Positions 1-13,376 of a stretch of DNA of 64,000 nt are shown in pieces. The position numbers and the translations under genes were made by a program. Under the pieces are notes generated by a model that was given only the letters and a program-made list of their open reading frames with translations, was not told the DNA's origin and did no database searches. Position 1 is the first letter of the stretch. Every line of letters starts with the position of its first letter. This DNA comes from Chiloscyllium plagiosum (Eukaryota): contig NC_057718.1 in NCBI RefSeq assembly GCF_004010195.1, positions 26,363,682 to 26,427,681 of the forward strand. The letters are read 5' to 3'.

Positions 1-239
1 TTTTCATGTAGAGGGTGGTACGTGTATGGAATGAGCTGCCAGAGGAAGTGGTGGAGGCTGGTACAATTGTAACATTTAAGAGGCATTTGGATGGGTACAT
101 GAATAGGAAGGGTTTGGAGGGATATGGGCCGGGTCCTGGCAGGTGGGACTAGATTGGGTTGGGATATCTGGTCAGCATGGGCGGGTTGGACTGTAGGGTC
201 TGTTTCCATGCTGTACATCTCTATGACTCTATGACTCTA
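1..239 (+). mobile_element. CR1/HER1-type LINE 3' end
   Basis: Encodes ...VWNELPEEVVEAGT.. and ends in an (ATGACTCT)n tail; nearly identical to 25015-25246. Confidence 0.9.
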
Positions 240-1299
240 AGTATCAAGACCTGTGACTCATATTGCTGGCCTTCTATCAGCACTGGGAGGTAGTTACCAC
301 GAACCGTTGGACTGAATCCTTGATCCCGGGTGCTCACCCTGCAGTAAAATGAAATGAGAGCTGGGGTTACATAGGTGCCAGCAGCAGGATGCACAGAATG
401 ATAAAGAAGTCAAGAAATTGGCTGCTGTGGGAGCCCTGTCCAATTAATGACATTGGGATGACTTCTGAGAAAGTGGGAGAGGGGGAATGGGGTGGGGAGC
501 GAACAGCAAACCATCCAGCAGCAACCAGTAAGTAGTCACATTGTCAGAGGTAGGAGCAAAAGAACGAACTCCCATCTTATCTCACATTGGCTCTGAGCTC
601 ACCTTGCCTGTGAGACTCATCTCTTGTTCTTTCAATCTTATTCTCATTAAACTGCTGTCCTCATTGAACTTTCCCTCCTGGCTGTCATGCTAGCTACTAC
701 TACACATGGTTCTCTGTGTTAAATCACACCCACCCCACTCTGAAAACTACTCTCACCTCCACCATTTGTCGCCTCCCCATTCTCTCTTTTGCCTTAAAAA
801 TCCTTAAGTTGTTGTTGCCTACCAAGTATTTTGTGGGACTCAGTGGTTAAATCCCTCCAATCAGGCCATCTCTCCCTCTTCCCAATTACAATCTAAATTA
901 GTTCTTATCAGAGTCATAAATGATATCCTATGTAACTCCTCACTCCTCTCGACCAGTCTGCAGCCTTTGACATAATTAACCATGCCACCCTCCTCCAATG
1001 CATCGCCAATGTTGTCCAGTTGATTGAGATTTCTCTAACCTGCTTTTATATTTAGCTTACCTAATCATATCATGTGCTTAGAATGGCTTCTCTTCTAGCT
1101 TTTACTTATTGCATTTCCAAGGGTCAATTCATGACCCCTTTTTATTTTTTTGTCTGCATTTGCCCATTGGCAACATCATTCGGAGCCCACATTAGTGACT
1201 ACAAGTACGCTACTGACACCTGCCCTGACTTGACCTTGACCCCTCTATTGTTGCACAATTATCATTATCTGATATCTGATACTCAGTGAGTGAAAATGA

Positions 1300-1810
1300 G
1301 CTGGAGTATTGTGTTTAGTACCAGGTGTCTGATAGCAGGGAAGATGTGAAAGAATTGGAGAGAGTGCAAAGTAATATTTAAGAATGATTACAGAAGTAAG
1401 AGACTTCAATTATGAGAACACAGTGAAGACGTTGGGTCTGTTCTCCGTGGAGAAGAGTAAACTGAAAGGAGATTACGTAGAGGTTTTCGAAGTCATAAGT
1501 AAGCTGAATAGAATAGATAGGAAGAAGCTGTTCCAGTTCATAAAAGGAACAAAAGCAGATAATTTAAAGTGATGTACAAAAGAAGCAAGGGTGATATATG
1601 AAAAAAGCATTCTCACTCATTGAGTGTATGGAATATACTGCCTGGAAATGAGGTGAAGACCAGTTCTATCGGGACATTCAAGAGGGCATTGGATGAATAT
1701 TTGATGGAAATAGTGTGCAAGGCTATGGGGATATATGAAGAGATTGATCTTGAGTAATGATCATTTGAAGAGCTGGTGCAGACATGATGGGCTGAATGAC
1801 GTCCTGCACT
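1300..1810 (+). mobile_element. Degenerate CR1 LINE 3' fragment
   Basis: LERVQ.., LGLFSVEK..LKGD, VWNILP motifs (ORF 1384-1572). Confidence 0.8.
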
Positions 1811-2099
1811 GCAGCAATTTGTCACATCATCTGACTTTGGCTGTGTCCGAGCTAATCAGCAGCTCAAAACCTCATTCATGCCATTGTTACTTCACTAATT
1901 TAATCCATTCCGAGCTGGCCACGTTTTACATCCAGTACATGTGAGGTCATGCAAAACTCTGCTGCCCGTACGTGGTAAGTCCAATTCCCCTATTATCCCT
2001 GTACTCATTGATCAACATTGACTCCCAGTCAAGCAGCATCTTGATATTAACATTCTTATCATTAACTTCAAGCCCCTTATAATTGAACATCAATGGGTT

Positions 2100-2390
2100 T
2101 CTAAGTCAGGATGATGAATGGCTTGGAGGGGAACTTGCAGGCAGTGGTCATCCCATGTATCTGCTACCCTAGTCCTTTGAGTTGATGATCATCGTGGGTT
2201 TAGAAGTGATTGTCTACGGAGGCTAGCTGGAGTGCATCTTGGTTCACACTGATACTCAGTAGCAGCAAGAGTGAGTGTTTGTGAATGTGGGGACAGTCAA
2301 GCAGGTTGGATGGTATCAAGCTTCTTGACTATTGTTGGAACTGTACTCATCCAGGCATCCTGACTTGTGCCTTGTAGATGGTAATTACTT
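2100..2390 (-). mobile_element. Fragment of the second CR1-clade LINE family
   Basis: Shares gtcaggatg...ggcttggaggggaacttgcagg with 51873-51910 and 5750-5800. Confidence 0.6.
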
Positions 2391-2994
2391 TACCATTTTG
2401 ACCACACCTTCATTTGCCTAGGCTCCAAGCTCTGAAATGCCCTTGCTTTTCCTCCCTGCCTCACTCAACTCCATTAAGGCATTCTTTAAGATCTATCTCT
2501 TTGACAAAGCTTCTGCTCACCTGATTTCATATCTGCTTAAGTGGCTTGGTGTCACACTTAGTTTTTGAGAAAGCACGAGAGACACTTTATTACATTAAAG
2601 GCACGATATAAGTATAAGTTATTGCTTATGTTGAGACAAATCAGATTAGTTTACAGAATCACAGATTCAAGGGGAACTTTTTATGGAATGTTGCTGGAAA
2701 CTGCAGCCTTGGTCGAAAATTAATTCTGACAGCTAGGTCTTGAAATTATCTTGTGAACATTGGCATTCCAAGGCTTAACTCATTAAATTAAATTCCCTGT
2801 GTCCAATATTTAAGCAGAAGGCTAGCTCATTTGAAATAAAACCGGTACTTGCATTAAAATGATGAATAAAGGGACTTTGTTTGAATTTTAATAGCTAGAG
2901 TAGCATTCAAAACTACTTTTCCAGATTTCAAGAGTTCACTGTTAGAGTGAAGGAGATGAAGTGGAAAAGCAATTAGGCTGGAAGTTTTACCAAG

Positions 2995-3295
2995 AAGATG
3001 GGTTTAGATAGAGTTAATAGTAGCTGTCTTTTCCCTAGCAGGGGGATTTCAAAACTAGGGGGCACATTTTTAAGGTGAGAGGATAGAGATTTAAAAAAGA
3101 CATGAGGGGCAGGTTTTTATCACAAGGATGGTTCGTGTGTGGAATGAACTTCCTGAGGAACTGGTGGATGCAGGTACAATTACAGTGTTGAAAAGACGTT
3201 TGGATAAGTACATGAATAGGAAAGGTTTGAAGGGATGTGGGCCAGGACCAGGCAGGTGGAACTAGGGTCTGTTTCTGTGCTGTATGACTCCAAGA
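2995..3295 (+). mobile_element. CR1 LINE 3' fragment
   Basis: aaaactagggggcacatttttaaggtgaga...gtgtggaatgaacttcc, followed by a CR1 tail. Confidence 0.85.
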
Positions 3296-4499
3296 TTCTA
3301 TGTGGAGACTCCCTGCCTATGCCAAATGGCGCTTGGGGCCTGAAAACAGAAGTTCCATCCCAGAACCTGGCACTCACTATTTTCACTGGGAGAGGGACAA
3401 ACGGGGGGGGCATAATTTGCATATTTATGGATCATTAGTGGCAACTGCATAGGTTAAAATCCAGCAACCTCAGTCAGATCAATGGTGGCATGGAAAAGAA
3501 AAAATACTAGGTGCATTTCTAACTCAACAGGAGAGGTTTTCAAAATCATAAGTATTAATTACAATGAGTTTCAGCATATTTCTACAAGTTCCTTTGCTCC
3601 ATCTGAATAACTTTGACATTGGACCTGGGGAATGAGTGGAACGCTACACTCACTCATTAGCTGCTGTTAAAAGCAACCTCCAACATCAACCAGTGCAGTA
3701 GCAGACAGCATCATTGCCCTTACTCTCAATTTACATTTGAAAGTCATGGTGCCTGGACTTTCTGCTGCTACTTCAGTGTATTCTGATGCTTGAATGGAAT
3801 CAGCTGAAAGAAAGGGCTTTGAGAAGACAGCAATCCGCATTTTGGAGTCCACACACTGCATTTCCAGTAATGAGGAGGTTTGAGATTGGCACTATTCTCT
3901 GAGCACCATTTAGACCACTAATTTGAATGGGAAGCACTGCTGATCTGAATATCTAGGGACTTAGAGGTAAAATGTAAGCCACATGAAAAGCTTAAAAAAA
4001 TCAGATTGCTATTCAGGTAGGCAGCCCTAAAGTGATGCAATTTATTTGACTAACCTAAAGACCTAATTTTTTTTAACATCTTTTTTCATTATGCTGATTA
4101 AATAGAGAGCTCTTTATGTATCCCATGTCCCACCTCTTACACTCCAGCACTTATAGGCATTGTCTCATTTTGTGATATTCTCACTGATGAAAGTAAATGA
4201 ACTCACACTAAAATATAATTGAGTCAAATTTCTATTCAATCCTACACCACTGGTATACTTATTAGCTGTTCACTTAAGTCTTACAGGCCATTTAGTTGTT
4301 TAAATTCTGCACAGTGAAGATCTAAACTTCTTTCTTTCTCATATATAATCTTGGCAGTAAGGGCATATTTTAAAGTAGGGTGGCTATAACCAGTGTCTCT
4401 GACAAATCTGTGAGAAAGCTTACAAAAATTCATTCTTAAAGATTGGTTCAATGTGGATTGGTTGAATAGGAAATAGGAGCAAAAGTGGACCAATGAAAC

Positions 4500-5000
4500 C
4501 TCTAATGTCATCTGACACAAATTGTTCCAACATTGTACAATCCATTGACAGAACAAAAATTCTCCAATCTCTGCCCTGAAAGGCGACTCTTAAGTTCTAA
4601 ACATTGTTCCCTCTTTCTAGACTGGCCAACAGGAAATATCCTTTCTACATTCATCTTGTCAAACCATTCAGGATCTTATACACTTAGGTCAAATCACCTC
4701 TCACTCTTCTGAACTCCTGTTCAATGTATCCTCATGACACAGCCGACTTATTCCAAGTATCAATTTAATAAACCTCCCTGAACTACCTCCAATGTGTATG
4801 CATTCTTCTCTCAATAAGGAGACTAAAACTGCTCACAGTGTTCAATATGCAATCTCACCAATGTCCTGTATAGCAATGCCTTTCATAATAAAGGATATTC
4901 ACCCCCTTCATTTTGTGCTGTACCTATATACTACTTTTTGTCACTCCTGGACTAAAACAACTAAATCCCTCTGCATTTGGAATTCCACAGTCAAGTTGGT
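4500..5000 (-). mobile_element. Old CR1 fragment
   Basis: Reverse complement resembles the CR1 RT C-terminal region (EHCEQF.SP, GDL..VYKIL). Confidence 0.55.
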
Positions 5001-5204
5001 CTGAGAAATGGAGGAAGCATATGCTATTGCTAGATTTCTTTCTAGAATTAACTATTTCTATGGACACAGACTGGTTACTGCACCAGAAGTTGTACTAACA
5101 CTGTATACTTTTTATAAATAGCAAATTCTACATAAGTATTCTCCCAATCTCATTTGAATAACCCCAAAATTAAAATGGGTTTAAAAGGGCATAAAGAGTA
5201 AGGG

Positions 5205-5274
5205 GTAAAAAGGATTTTGCTGCTCGTCGGATGCTGCCTGAATTGCTGTGCTCTTCCAGCACCACTGATCCAGA
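5205..5274. mobile_element. Short Penelope-like terminal fragment with target-site duplication (TSD)
   Basis: ggatgctgcctgaattgctgtgctcttccagcaccac flanked by the direct repeat ataaagagtaaggg (5191-5204 and 5275-5288). Confidence 0.7.
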
Positions 5275-5589
5275 ATAAAGAGTAAGGGTGCAAGGAGAAG
5301 CCACCCTTGAGTTTCTGAATTGACATTTCAACATGGTTAACCATCATCATGCAAATAAGGCACAATATGTTTAACAATCTACAACTGGTAAAGCTTTTCA
5401 AACTTGCATGTATTATTGTGGCAGAAGCATAAATCACATTTAAAAATAGAAAATGAAAAGCAGAGTTCAATGAGGATAGTTTAGTTTCAAAGCTGAACAT
5501 ATTTCAGTCAAAAGGCTCACAAAAATGACTTTGTCTCTCGCTGTGCCTGAAAATCTCGTCATAATGTTGAGAAACCAACAATTAGAGGA

Positions 5590-7220
5590 TTTTCAAAATA
5601 CATTCATGGAATGTGGGCATTATTGCCCATTCCTAGATGCCCCTAAGATGGTGGTGGTCAGCTGCTTTCTTAGGCAGACTCAAAATGTCGTCAAGGAGGG
5701 TGCTCCAAACATTTTGCCCAGCGATACGAAAGGATAGCAATGCATTTCTCAGTCAGGAAGGTGAGTGGCTTGGACAGGAATTTGCAAGAAGTGGTCTTCC
5801 CACGTATCTGCTCTTCTCCTTTGAGTTGATGATTGTTGTGGGTTTAGAAGATGCCGTCTAAGGAGCCTTTCTGGAGTACATCTTGTAGATTGTTAGATTG
5901 GGTGGAGATATCTGATCGGCATGGATGAGTTGGACCAAAGGGTCTGTTTCCGTGCTGTATATCTCTATGACTTTATGACTGCTGATTACTAAGTATCAGT
6001 AATGGAAAGAGTGAATGTTATGGAAGTGGTGCCAATCAAGCAGGTTGTGTAGTCCTGGGTAGCACCAAGTGTTGTTGGAGGTGTACTCATCTAGGCATTT
6101 GAGGAGTATTCCATCTGCAGTATTCATACATGCTGCAGTATTCATAGCCTCTGATCTGCTTTTATAGCTACTGCATCTAGTCAGGTTCATGGTAACCTCA
6201 TGTTCTTGATAGTAAGGAATTCAAATGATGGTAATGAAATTCAATGTCAAGGAACAATAGTTAGATTGTGTCTTGTTGGAAAGGGCCATTGAGTTTTACT
6301 TTCCATTTGTCAGCCCAAATATTGGCATGGACTACTTCAGTATCTGAAGAATCACAAAGGGTGCTGAACATTATGCAATCATCAGCAAACATTCCCACTT
6401 TGACCGTATGATGAAGGGAACGTCATTGATAAAGCAGCTAAAGACTTTTGGGCCGAGGGCTACCCTGGAGAGCTCCTGCAGTGGAGCTGAGATGACTGAC
6501 CTCCAAATAACACATCCATCTTCTTTCATGTTCGTTTTGACTCCAACCAACGGAGAGTTCCCCTCCCCACCACTCCCATCCTCCATACCCTACAATTCAT
6601 ATTGACTCCAGTTCTACTGGAGCTCCTTAATGCCACGCTCGGTCAAGTGCTGTCATATTCTCTTCACCTCACTAATTCAGCTCTTTTGACCTTTTCTAAA
6701 TTAAAGCGGTAATCAGAGATTAGGGGCTGAGTAGCCCTGCTGGAACCCAAATTAAGTTCAGTGAGTAGGTTATTGTGAAGAAAGTACCGCCTGATAGCAT
6801 TGCTGGTGATACCTTCAATCACCCTATGGACACACCGATGGGGTAACCTTTCACTTTATTGGACTTACCCTGCTTTTTGTTCTGGAGCACAAGTCTTCAA
6901 TACCAGTACCAGGAAGTTATTATGGCTCAGTGCCTTTTGCAATATCCAGTGCCTCCAACTGCTTCTTGTTATCATGTGGGGTGAATTGGCTAAGGACAGG
7001 CACATGCGATGCTGGGGACCTGTGGTGGAAGCCAAAAATGGATCAAGCAGTTGGCTGAATTTGTTGCAAATGCTTCAGCTTTTTCTTTTGCTCTGACATA
7101 CCGGGCTCCCCCATTATTGAGGATGGTAATACTTGTGCAGTGAGTTGTTTAATTGTCCACCATCATTTATAATTGGTTGTGGCAGGACTGCAGAAGTTAG
7201 ATTTAATCCATCAGTTTTGG
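5590..7220 (-). mobile_element. Second CR1-clade LINE family, degenerate RT region; a HER1 tail is inserted at ~5890-5980
   Basis: ORF 6371-6586 contains LGPKVFSCFINDVP, a degenerate [19 protein letters not shown] motif. Confidence 0.75.
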
Positions 7221-7309
7221 ATATTTGCATATGATCTTTCGGGCTATGGGTGGAGGTTTGATGGACGATTGAGGTGACAACTCATGTTGTTTTTACATGC
7301 ATACCTCAA

Positions 7310-7690
7310 CCAAGAATATAAAATCCTGATAGGTCTTGACAAGGTGGACATGGTAATAATATCTCCTTTCTGGGTAAGTCCAGAACCAGAGGACACAAAT
7401 TGAAAAATTCAGCATTGCTCTTTTAAGACACAGACAAGGGGAAGGCTTTTCTCTCAGGGGGTTTGGGCAACTTTAGATCTTTCTGCCTCAGAAGACAGTG
7501 AGGCAAGGATCACTATATATATTTAAGGCAAAAAGGTAGATAAATTCTTGTTAGGTAAAGGAATCAAAGGTTATTCGGTGTGAATATGGAATTCTAAGCA
7601 CACACAGATCAGGATAGTAATGACCTTTTTGAAAGGCAGAGTGTGATTCAATGCCAGAATAGCCCACTTTGCTCCTAATTCATGTTTGTC
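7310..7690 (+). mobile_element. Old CR1 3' fragment
   Basis: YKILIGLDKVD..., SRTRGH-like motifs. Confidence 0.65.
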
Positions 7691-8199
7691 TGCCCAAAAT
7701 CACAGTATTCCAAACCACGTGATTTGTTTTCACCCAGATTACTCATGCATCTCAGTCCATGGAAACTATCAGCACCCATGTTGGTTGAGGAGCAAGACTA
7801 AGGCAACATGTGATTAGCTGTTTGTGGCTGAGCACTCACCCATTCAGCTCAAGCCAGGGATGTGGTTTATACATTTTCTAAACCTTAGTGAGCGTTCAGT
7901 AGTCACATGTATGGCAGCCAGATTTCAAAGCTCTTGTCATGATTTATAAACAGCTACTCATGCAAGCATTTGAAATCAAGAAAAACACAGAAGCATTAGT
8001 ATTTGAATTTATTTTGGAGAAGTTTAATGTGTTTAGAAGAGGAGACTGAGGCATAAAGCTGTTAAAGTCAATGAGGATAACAGTGAACTCTTCAGCTGGA
8101 ATTTTGATTGTATCAAAAACTTCACAAGGTAATGACATTGTATTGCTCCTGATAAATTAAGTAATGCTATTTACCATAACACAATATCTTATGTATAAT

Positions 8200-8355
8200 A
8201 GTCATAGAGCTCTACAGCATGGAAACAAACCCTTCAGTCCAACTCATCCATGCAGACCAGATATCCTAAATTAATCTAGTCCCATTTTCCAGCATTTGGC
8301 CCATATCTCTCTAAACCCATCCTATTTATATACCCATCCAGATGCCTTTTAAATG
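8200..8355 (-). mobile_element. CR1/HER1 3' tail
   Basis: Reverse complement of the tail at 60-239. Confidence 0.85.
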
Positions 8356-8899
8356 TACTTATATATAAAATGCAATATTCTGTAGACAACATGGACTGGC
8401 AATTAACTGGCTTGCCCCTTGAAGTTCAATGTGTGATGAATGTAATCCATGAAGCTTTTTGGGTGACCTGCTATTAGTAAGTGAAGTTTGTTGATTAGCA
8501 GGTCCATTTCATTACTTGTCTCATGGAAGCTGTCTGGATCAGAGCAGTGAATGCCTATCTCTCTCTAGTTTCACTCATGGGTGCTGTTTGCCCAAGAAAG
8601 CCATGTCTTACTCCCCTAACTCTATTTTACTAAATTTCTGACCACCAATTCCCCTTTATGATTTCCATACTGTTAAATACAATAAGTTACTCCCTCTCCT
8701 TAGGCAGTGTTCTCTTCTTTTCAAACAAATATTATCTACTCCCCAGTAAATATGTCTTTGACCCCTGTGTTCTTTCATATAGATTAGGCACATTGTTCTC
8801 TTCACAGACAGAGGAGGTCTTATTGCCTAGTTCTGTGTCCAGCTGAAATTATAACAAAAATCAGTCAGCACAGATTCCACCCTGCCAAGTCTGGTTGTT

Positions 8900-9620
8900 A
8901 TGTAGTTTGGGGAAGATGCTGTCTAGCATACCTTGGTGAATTGCTCTTCTGCATCTTGTAGATGATACATACTGGAAGGAAGGTTTAAGATGTGAATGAT
9001 GTGACCAATTATGTGGCTGCTTTGTCCTGGGAGGTGGCAAGCTTCTGAAGTTTTGTGTGTTGTTCGATCCTCAATCATTCCTGACTTGTGTCCTATAAGT
9101 GATAGACAGGCTTAGGGGAGTCTGGAGGTGAATTACTCACTGCAGAATTCTTTGTGTTGCAGCCACAGTAATTAAATGGCTGGTCCAGTTCAGTTTCTGG
9201 TCAATAGTAACCTGCAGAATGTTGCGAGGGGGAGATTCAGTGACAGTAATGTCAAGGTAATAGCAAGGGGTGATGACAGATTCTCTCGCACTAAAGTTAC
9301 TGGCAACTTAACCCAACCCTGAACATTTTCCAGGTCTTGCCGCAAACAGGTGTGCACTGTTTCAGTATCTGAGGAGTCACTAACAGTTGACGACATTGCA
9401 CAATTATCAGCACTTCTGACCTTCGGTTTGAGTGAATATTGTTGAAATAGCAGCTGAAGGTGGTTGAACCTCGACCCCACCCTGAGCAGCTCCTGTAGGG
9501 GACTCAGATTTACCTACAACAAACATAACCATCTTCCTTCCCATAACTCTAATCAAGGGAGAGTTTTCATTGGGTTCTCATTGACTCAGCCTTTCTAGGA
9601 CACCTTGATGCCAGATTTTA
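8900..9620 (-). mobile_element. Second CR1-clade LINE family fragment
   Basis: ORF 9190-9480 has SADNC (degenerate FADDC) and QDLENVQGW. Confidence 0.7.
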
Positions 9621-9785
9621 ACAACTGTCTTACTAACTTGAATTCAGCAACAGCTACCAACTGAACCATGACTGAAGAGTGCTAAAAACTTAAATTCAAG
9701 TTACAAACGCCAAGTTAGTTGCCTGTTACAGAAGTTACACTTAGTCAGGCAGCCGTTTTCAGCTTATTGACAACTATCAATTTGG

Positions 9786-10106
9786 GGTTAGCACTGCTGC
9801 CTCACAGTGCCAGGGACACGGGTTCGATTCAAGTCTCGGGTGACTATGTGGGGTTTGCACATTCTCCCCGTGTCTGTGTGGGTTTTCTGCGGATGCTCCT
9901 GTTTCCTCCCACATTCCAAAGGTGTGCAGGTTATGTAAATTGGCCATGTTAAATTGCCTATAGTGATCAGGAATGTGTAGGTTAGGTGCATTAGTCAGGG
10001 GTAAGAGTATGGGAATAGGTCTGAGTGGGATACTCTTTGGTGAGTCAGTGCGGACTTGTTGGGTCAAATGGTCTGTTTCCACACTGCAGGGATTCTGTGG
10101 TTCTAT
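9786..10106 (+). mobile_element. HE1-type V-SINE, 5' truncated
   Basis: B-box ggttcgattc, V-domain tttgcacattctccccgtgtctg..., CR1-like tail. Confidence 0.9.
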
Positions 10107-11689
10107 GATGATCACTCACAGGCAGTTTATGTTAGCTACACATCTTAACTAACTTCCAGCTTTTTGTTTTGCATTTTTCACATTCTGATACTAACTCTAA
10201 AATTTAGCCGAATTACGGCTGAAGAATACTAAACAGTGAGATCTTGTTTGCACGACATTTTTGATTTCGGTGTTCAATTTACAAAGTCCTCCATTCACAG
10301 ATCACTGTGTGCTTCACAGTCCTTACCTTTCTGTCATAACCACTATCCTCACCATCATTCGACAGCCTCCGCCCCACTCACAAACCCAGGACAGACAGCT
10401 TCCTTGCCTGGGGAGAGTTCTACTGTAACTTTATGCTTACATTGATCTTTTGCCAGGCACAATGAGGTGTAAGTGAAAGATGTCAGAATAACCTCCCTAT
10501 GGACAAATGCTTGGCCTCCACTGGGCCCCTTCCCTACTTTGGCACAGGCAAGCTCAGATTTTATATGAAACTGTGTGATATCCTGAAGAGCACAGAGAAG
10601 CAGATGGTACTTGCACATTGTGATTGATTTTTTTGTTTGTAATGTAGGAGGCAAATATATGGATTGTGTTATTTGGTAAAAAGAATTGCTAGTATCTACC
10701 GGTAATGCATCAGAGTATAAAATAAATGTTTTGATAGAGCCATTGCACAGACTACGTAAAAATATATTAAAGCCAACATTAATCGACCAGAGATAGTATA
10801 TTCCTAATAGGTTTGACTTCATTTCATAAAAGATAATATTAACATGATTTTGATCTTCTCAGGAGCAAAACTCCATTAAAAAATAATGGATTGGGACATT
10901 TAAAAATTGTTTTCTTTAAATTGAGATTTAATCTTATCAGAAATGATCTCAAATGGGTTCCACTGAAGCACCGTTCAATCATTATCTGACGCATTGCAGT
11001 CGTTTCAATGGCCAAGATGTGCTAAGAGAAATCAGTTTAATCTATCCTATAAGAAGAGATAAATTGTATGAAAGCTGTCATATTTCTGCATAATATCCTG
11101 ATGTAATGATAACATACGATATGTGTAATCTATAACCAAGGGTGTTTCTTTCCTTACAATTCCAGTCGTAGTTTACAATTGTCATAATTAGAATGGATGA
11201 ATGAAAAGAAGGTGGGATGTCACACATATTTCCACTGGGGAGCAGAAAATCGAATGATACAATAATTGAAGAAAGCAAAATTTAGTGCCTTTTGTCACCT
11301 CAGGACGGCCCACAGTTCTTAATAGTGAATAAATTCATTTTGAACAATAGACACCCATAGTTATGAGGAGGGAGCAAAGCATTGGAAAACTGAAAGTACG
11401 GACACCCACTGCACTACACCTTTGTTTTTCTGAATTTTAAACTGGCTTTCTGTCAGCTGGGAAAGTCTATAGCTTAAAGCGAGAGCTGGTTTGAGGGAGG
11501 GGATGGCATAGGTCAGGTTTGCAGGGCACAGTTTCTTATGGAGTACAGATTGTTGGACCTGCTAGTTGTGATGGGAAATGACCTGTTAGTTCCAGGGCAC
11601 AGATAATTGTCCTGTGAAGTGCAGATTGTGTTCAGGGCATGTCTCGCAGTCAAGGCTCTCATGCTCAGGCACTTGGATCATGTTTGTTC

Positions 11690-11940
11690 ATGAGCATTAA
11701 GGTCAGGAATAGCAGATTATACTTTTCTTGGAGATAGTTTTTGGGATCTGTTATATCCATCTGAAAGGGCAGACATGGCATTGGTTTAATATCTTACCTG
11801 AAAAACAACATCTGTTATAGTGCAATACTCTGCTAGCACCACACTGACATATCAATCCTGATTTTGTGCTCAAGTCTCTGGAATGGACCCTTAAAACTTT
11901 ATATCTGAGAGAGGAGAGTGTACCCACTGAGCCACAGCTA
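11690..11940 (-). mobile_element. DeuSINE (SacSINE1-like) remnant; a probable tail piece lies at ~11280-11360
   Basis: Reverse complement begins agctgtggctcagtgggtac (tRNA head) and continues into a degenerate Deu-domain-like gtattgcactata...ttaaaccaatgccatgtctgccctttcagatggat. Confidence 0.55.
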
Positions 11941-12616
11941 TGTACAGAAAATTACTGAAAACATTGAGAGAAAACCATGGGACTGTATCTAGCAGAACAA
12001 CCTAGAAGTAGCAATGCATACTCTCAACACCACAGACAGGCTTGAATTATTGTGGCAATCATAGTGTACAAATCAGCAAATGGATGATAATAAAGCAAGC
12101 AATCTACACTCTTCAGGGCTTGAATAAACCTATGAATTGAGGGTAAATGCAATCCTGTTCCAAATTGAGCAGCAGCAGCATCTGTTCCCAGCAGCGCTGT
12201 TCTTTGTTAGTTACTCTCTCTCCCAGACACTTCTTATGACATATAGCCATAAACTACTAAGGCTTTGGTACAGTAAAGTTTTAGGGCTCTATTGGCATCA
12301 ATATTAAAGTACATCCACATCATGTTCCCAGAAAGCTTAAGAGGGGAGTTTGAAACCATATTCTCCAGAATATGTTACTTCCCTAACTTCATTCCATGAA
12401 ATAAAAGCCGATGTTGTGCTGCCTTGGCACCAAGTCCATTATCCTAAATCTACATTCTTCTCAATTAAACTGATCCACGGAGCTTTTGCTAAAACTATAT
12501 AGCCCCATCCCATTTCCCCCACCTCAGTGTATTATAAATCAACTGGAGTCCATTCTTTAAGTGTAAGGAGCACATCCGCAAAACAGTTCTCTAGATCCCA
12601 GATGAACAATGAGAAC

Positions 12617-13376
12617 TACGCAGAGCAGAGGAAAATCACCTATACCGTGTATTTTTAAAAAATGGGTACCCCAATGAACACAGTCTGTCGATTTCTCAGC
12701 AACAAACCCAAACAAGCAGACAAAACATGTCCAGAAACCTTAGCTATTCTTCCCTACATCAAAGACATCTCGGAAATGACTGCCAGACTACTCAGACCCC
12801 TTGGCATCAGGGTAGCCCACAAACCCACCAACACCCTAAAACAGCAGCTAATGAACTTGAAAGACCCTATACAGACAGCAAGCAAAACTAATGTCATTTA
12901 CAAAATACCGTGCAAGGACTGTAACAAACACTACACGGGACAAACAGGCAGAAAACTAGCCACCAGGTTACATGAACACCAACTAGCCACAAAAAGCCAT
13001 GATCCTCTCTCACTAGTATCCTTATATACGGATGAGGAAGGACACCACTTCGACTGGGACAATACATCCATCCTAGGACAAGCCAAACAAAGACACGCAC
13101 AAGAATTCCTAGAAGCATGGCATTCCAACTGGAACTCTATCAACAAATACATCGAGTTAGACCCCATTTACCACTCCCTGAGAAAAAGAACAGGAAGTGA
13201 CTTCACCACAAGAAATGACATCACCACAGGAATGACATCACTAACTGAAAGATATAAATAGAAAGCAGGAATTATCAGCAGTGCTTCGCCTGGAGCCCAC
13301 TGAAGATGTTACCTAGCAGGGTGACAAAACGTCTGGAAATGAACCTTTCAGCTCAGCAAACAAACCTACATCCAGA
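12617..13376 (+). mobile_element. 5'-truncated Penelope-like element with GIY-YIG endonuclease ORF (12662-13261) and a 3' terminus carrying a hammerhead-like motif
   Basis: LPYIKDISE..ARLLR and NVIYKIPCKDCNKHYTGQTGRKLATRLHEH (GIY-YIG); ctgaagatgttacc-tagcag-ggtgacaaaacgtc at ~13300-13333; TSD aatgagaac at 12608-12616 and 13377-13385. Confidence 0.9.

Larger units (their letters stand above)
880..2630 (+). mobile_element. Old L2-type LINE remnant interrupted by younger LINE fragments
   Basis: Degenerate AAFDxIxH motif (cagcctttgacataattaaccat, ~961), QNSAAR and ITPVL-like segment (~1945-2040), and an L2-like 3' tail near 2580-2630. Confidence 0.6.

Noticed and set aside
10301..10430. DHCVL...PC reading after a cacag acceptor, reminiscent of an ALK MAM exon
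   Set aside because: No internal similarity, no donor at the expected position, and it runs into a stop.
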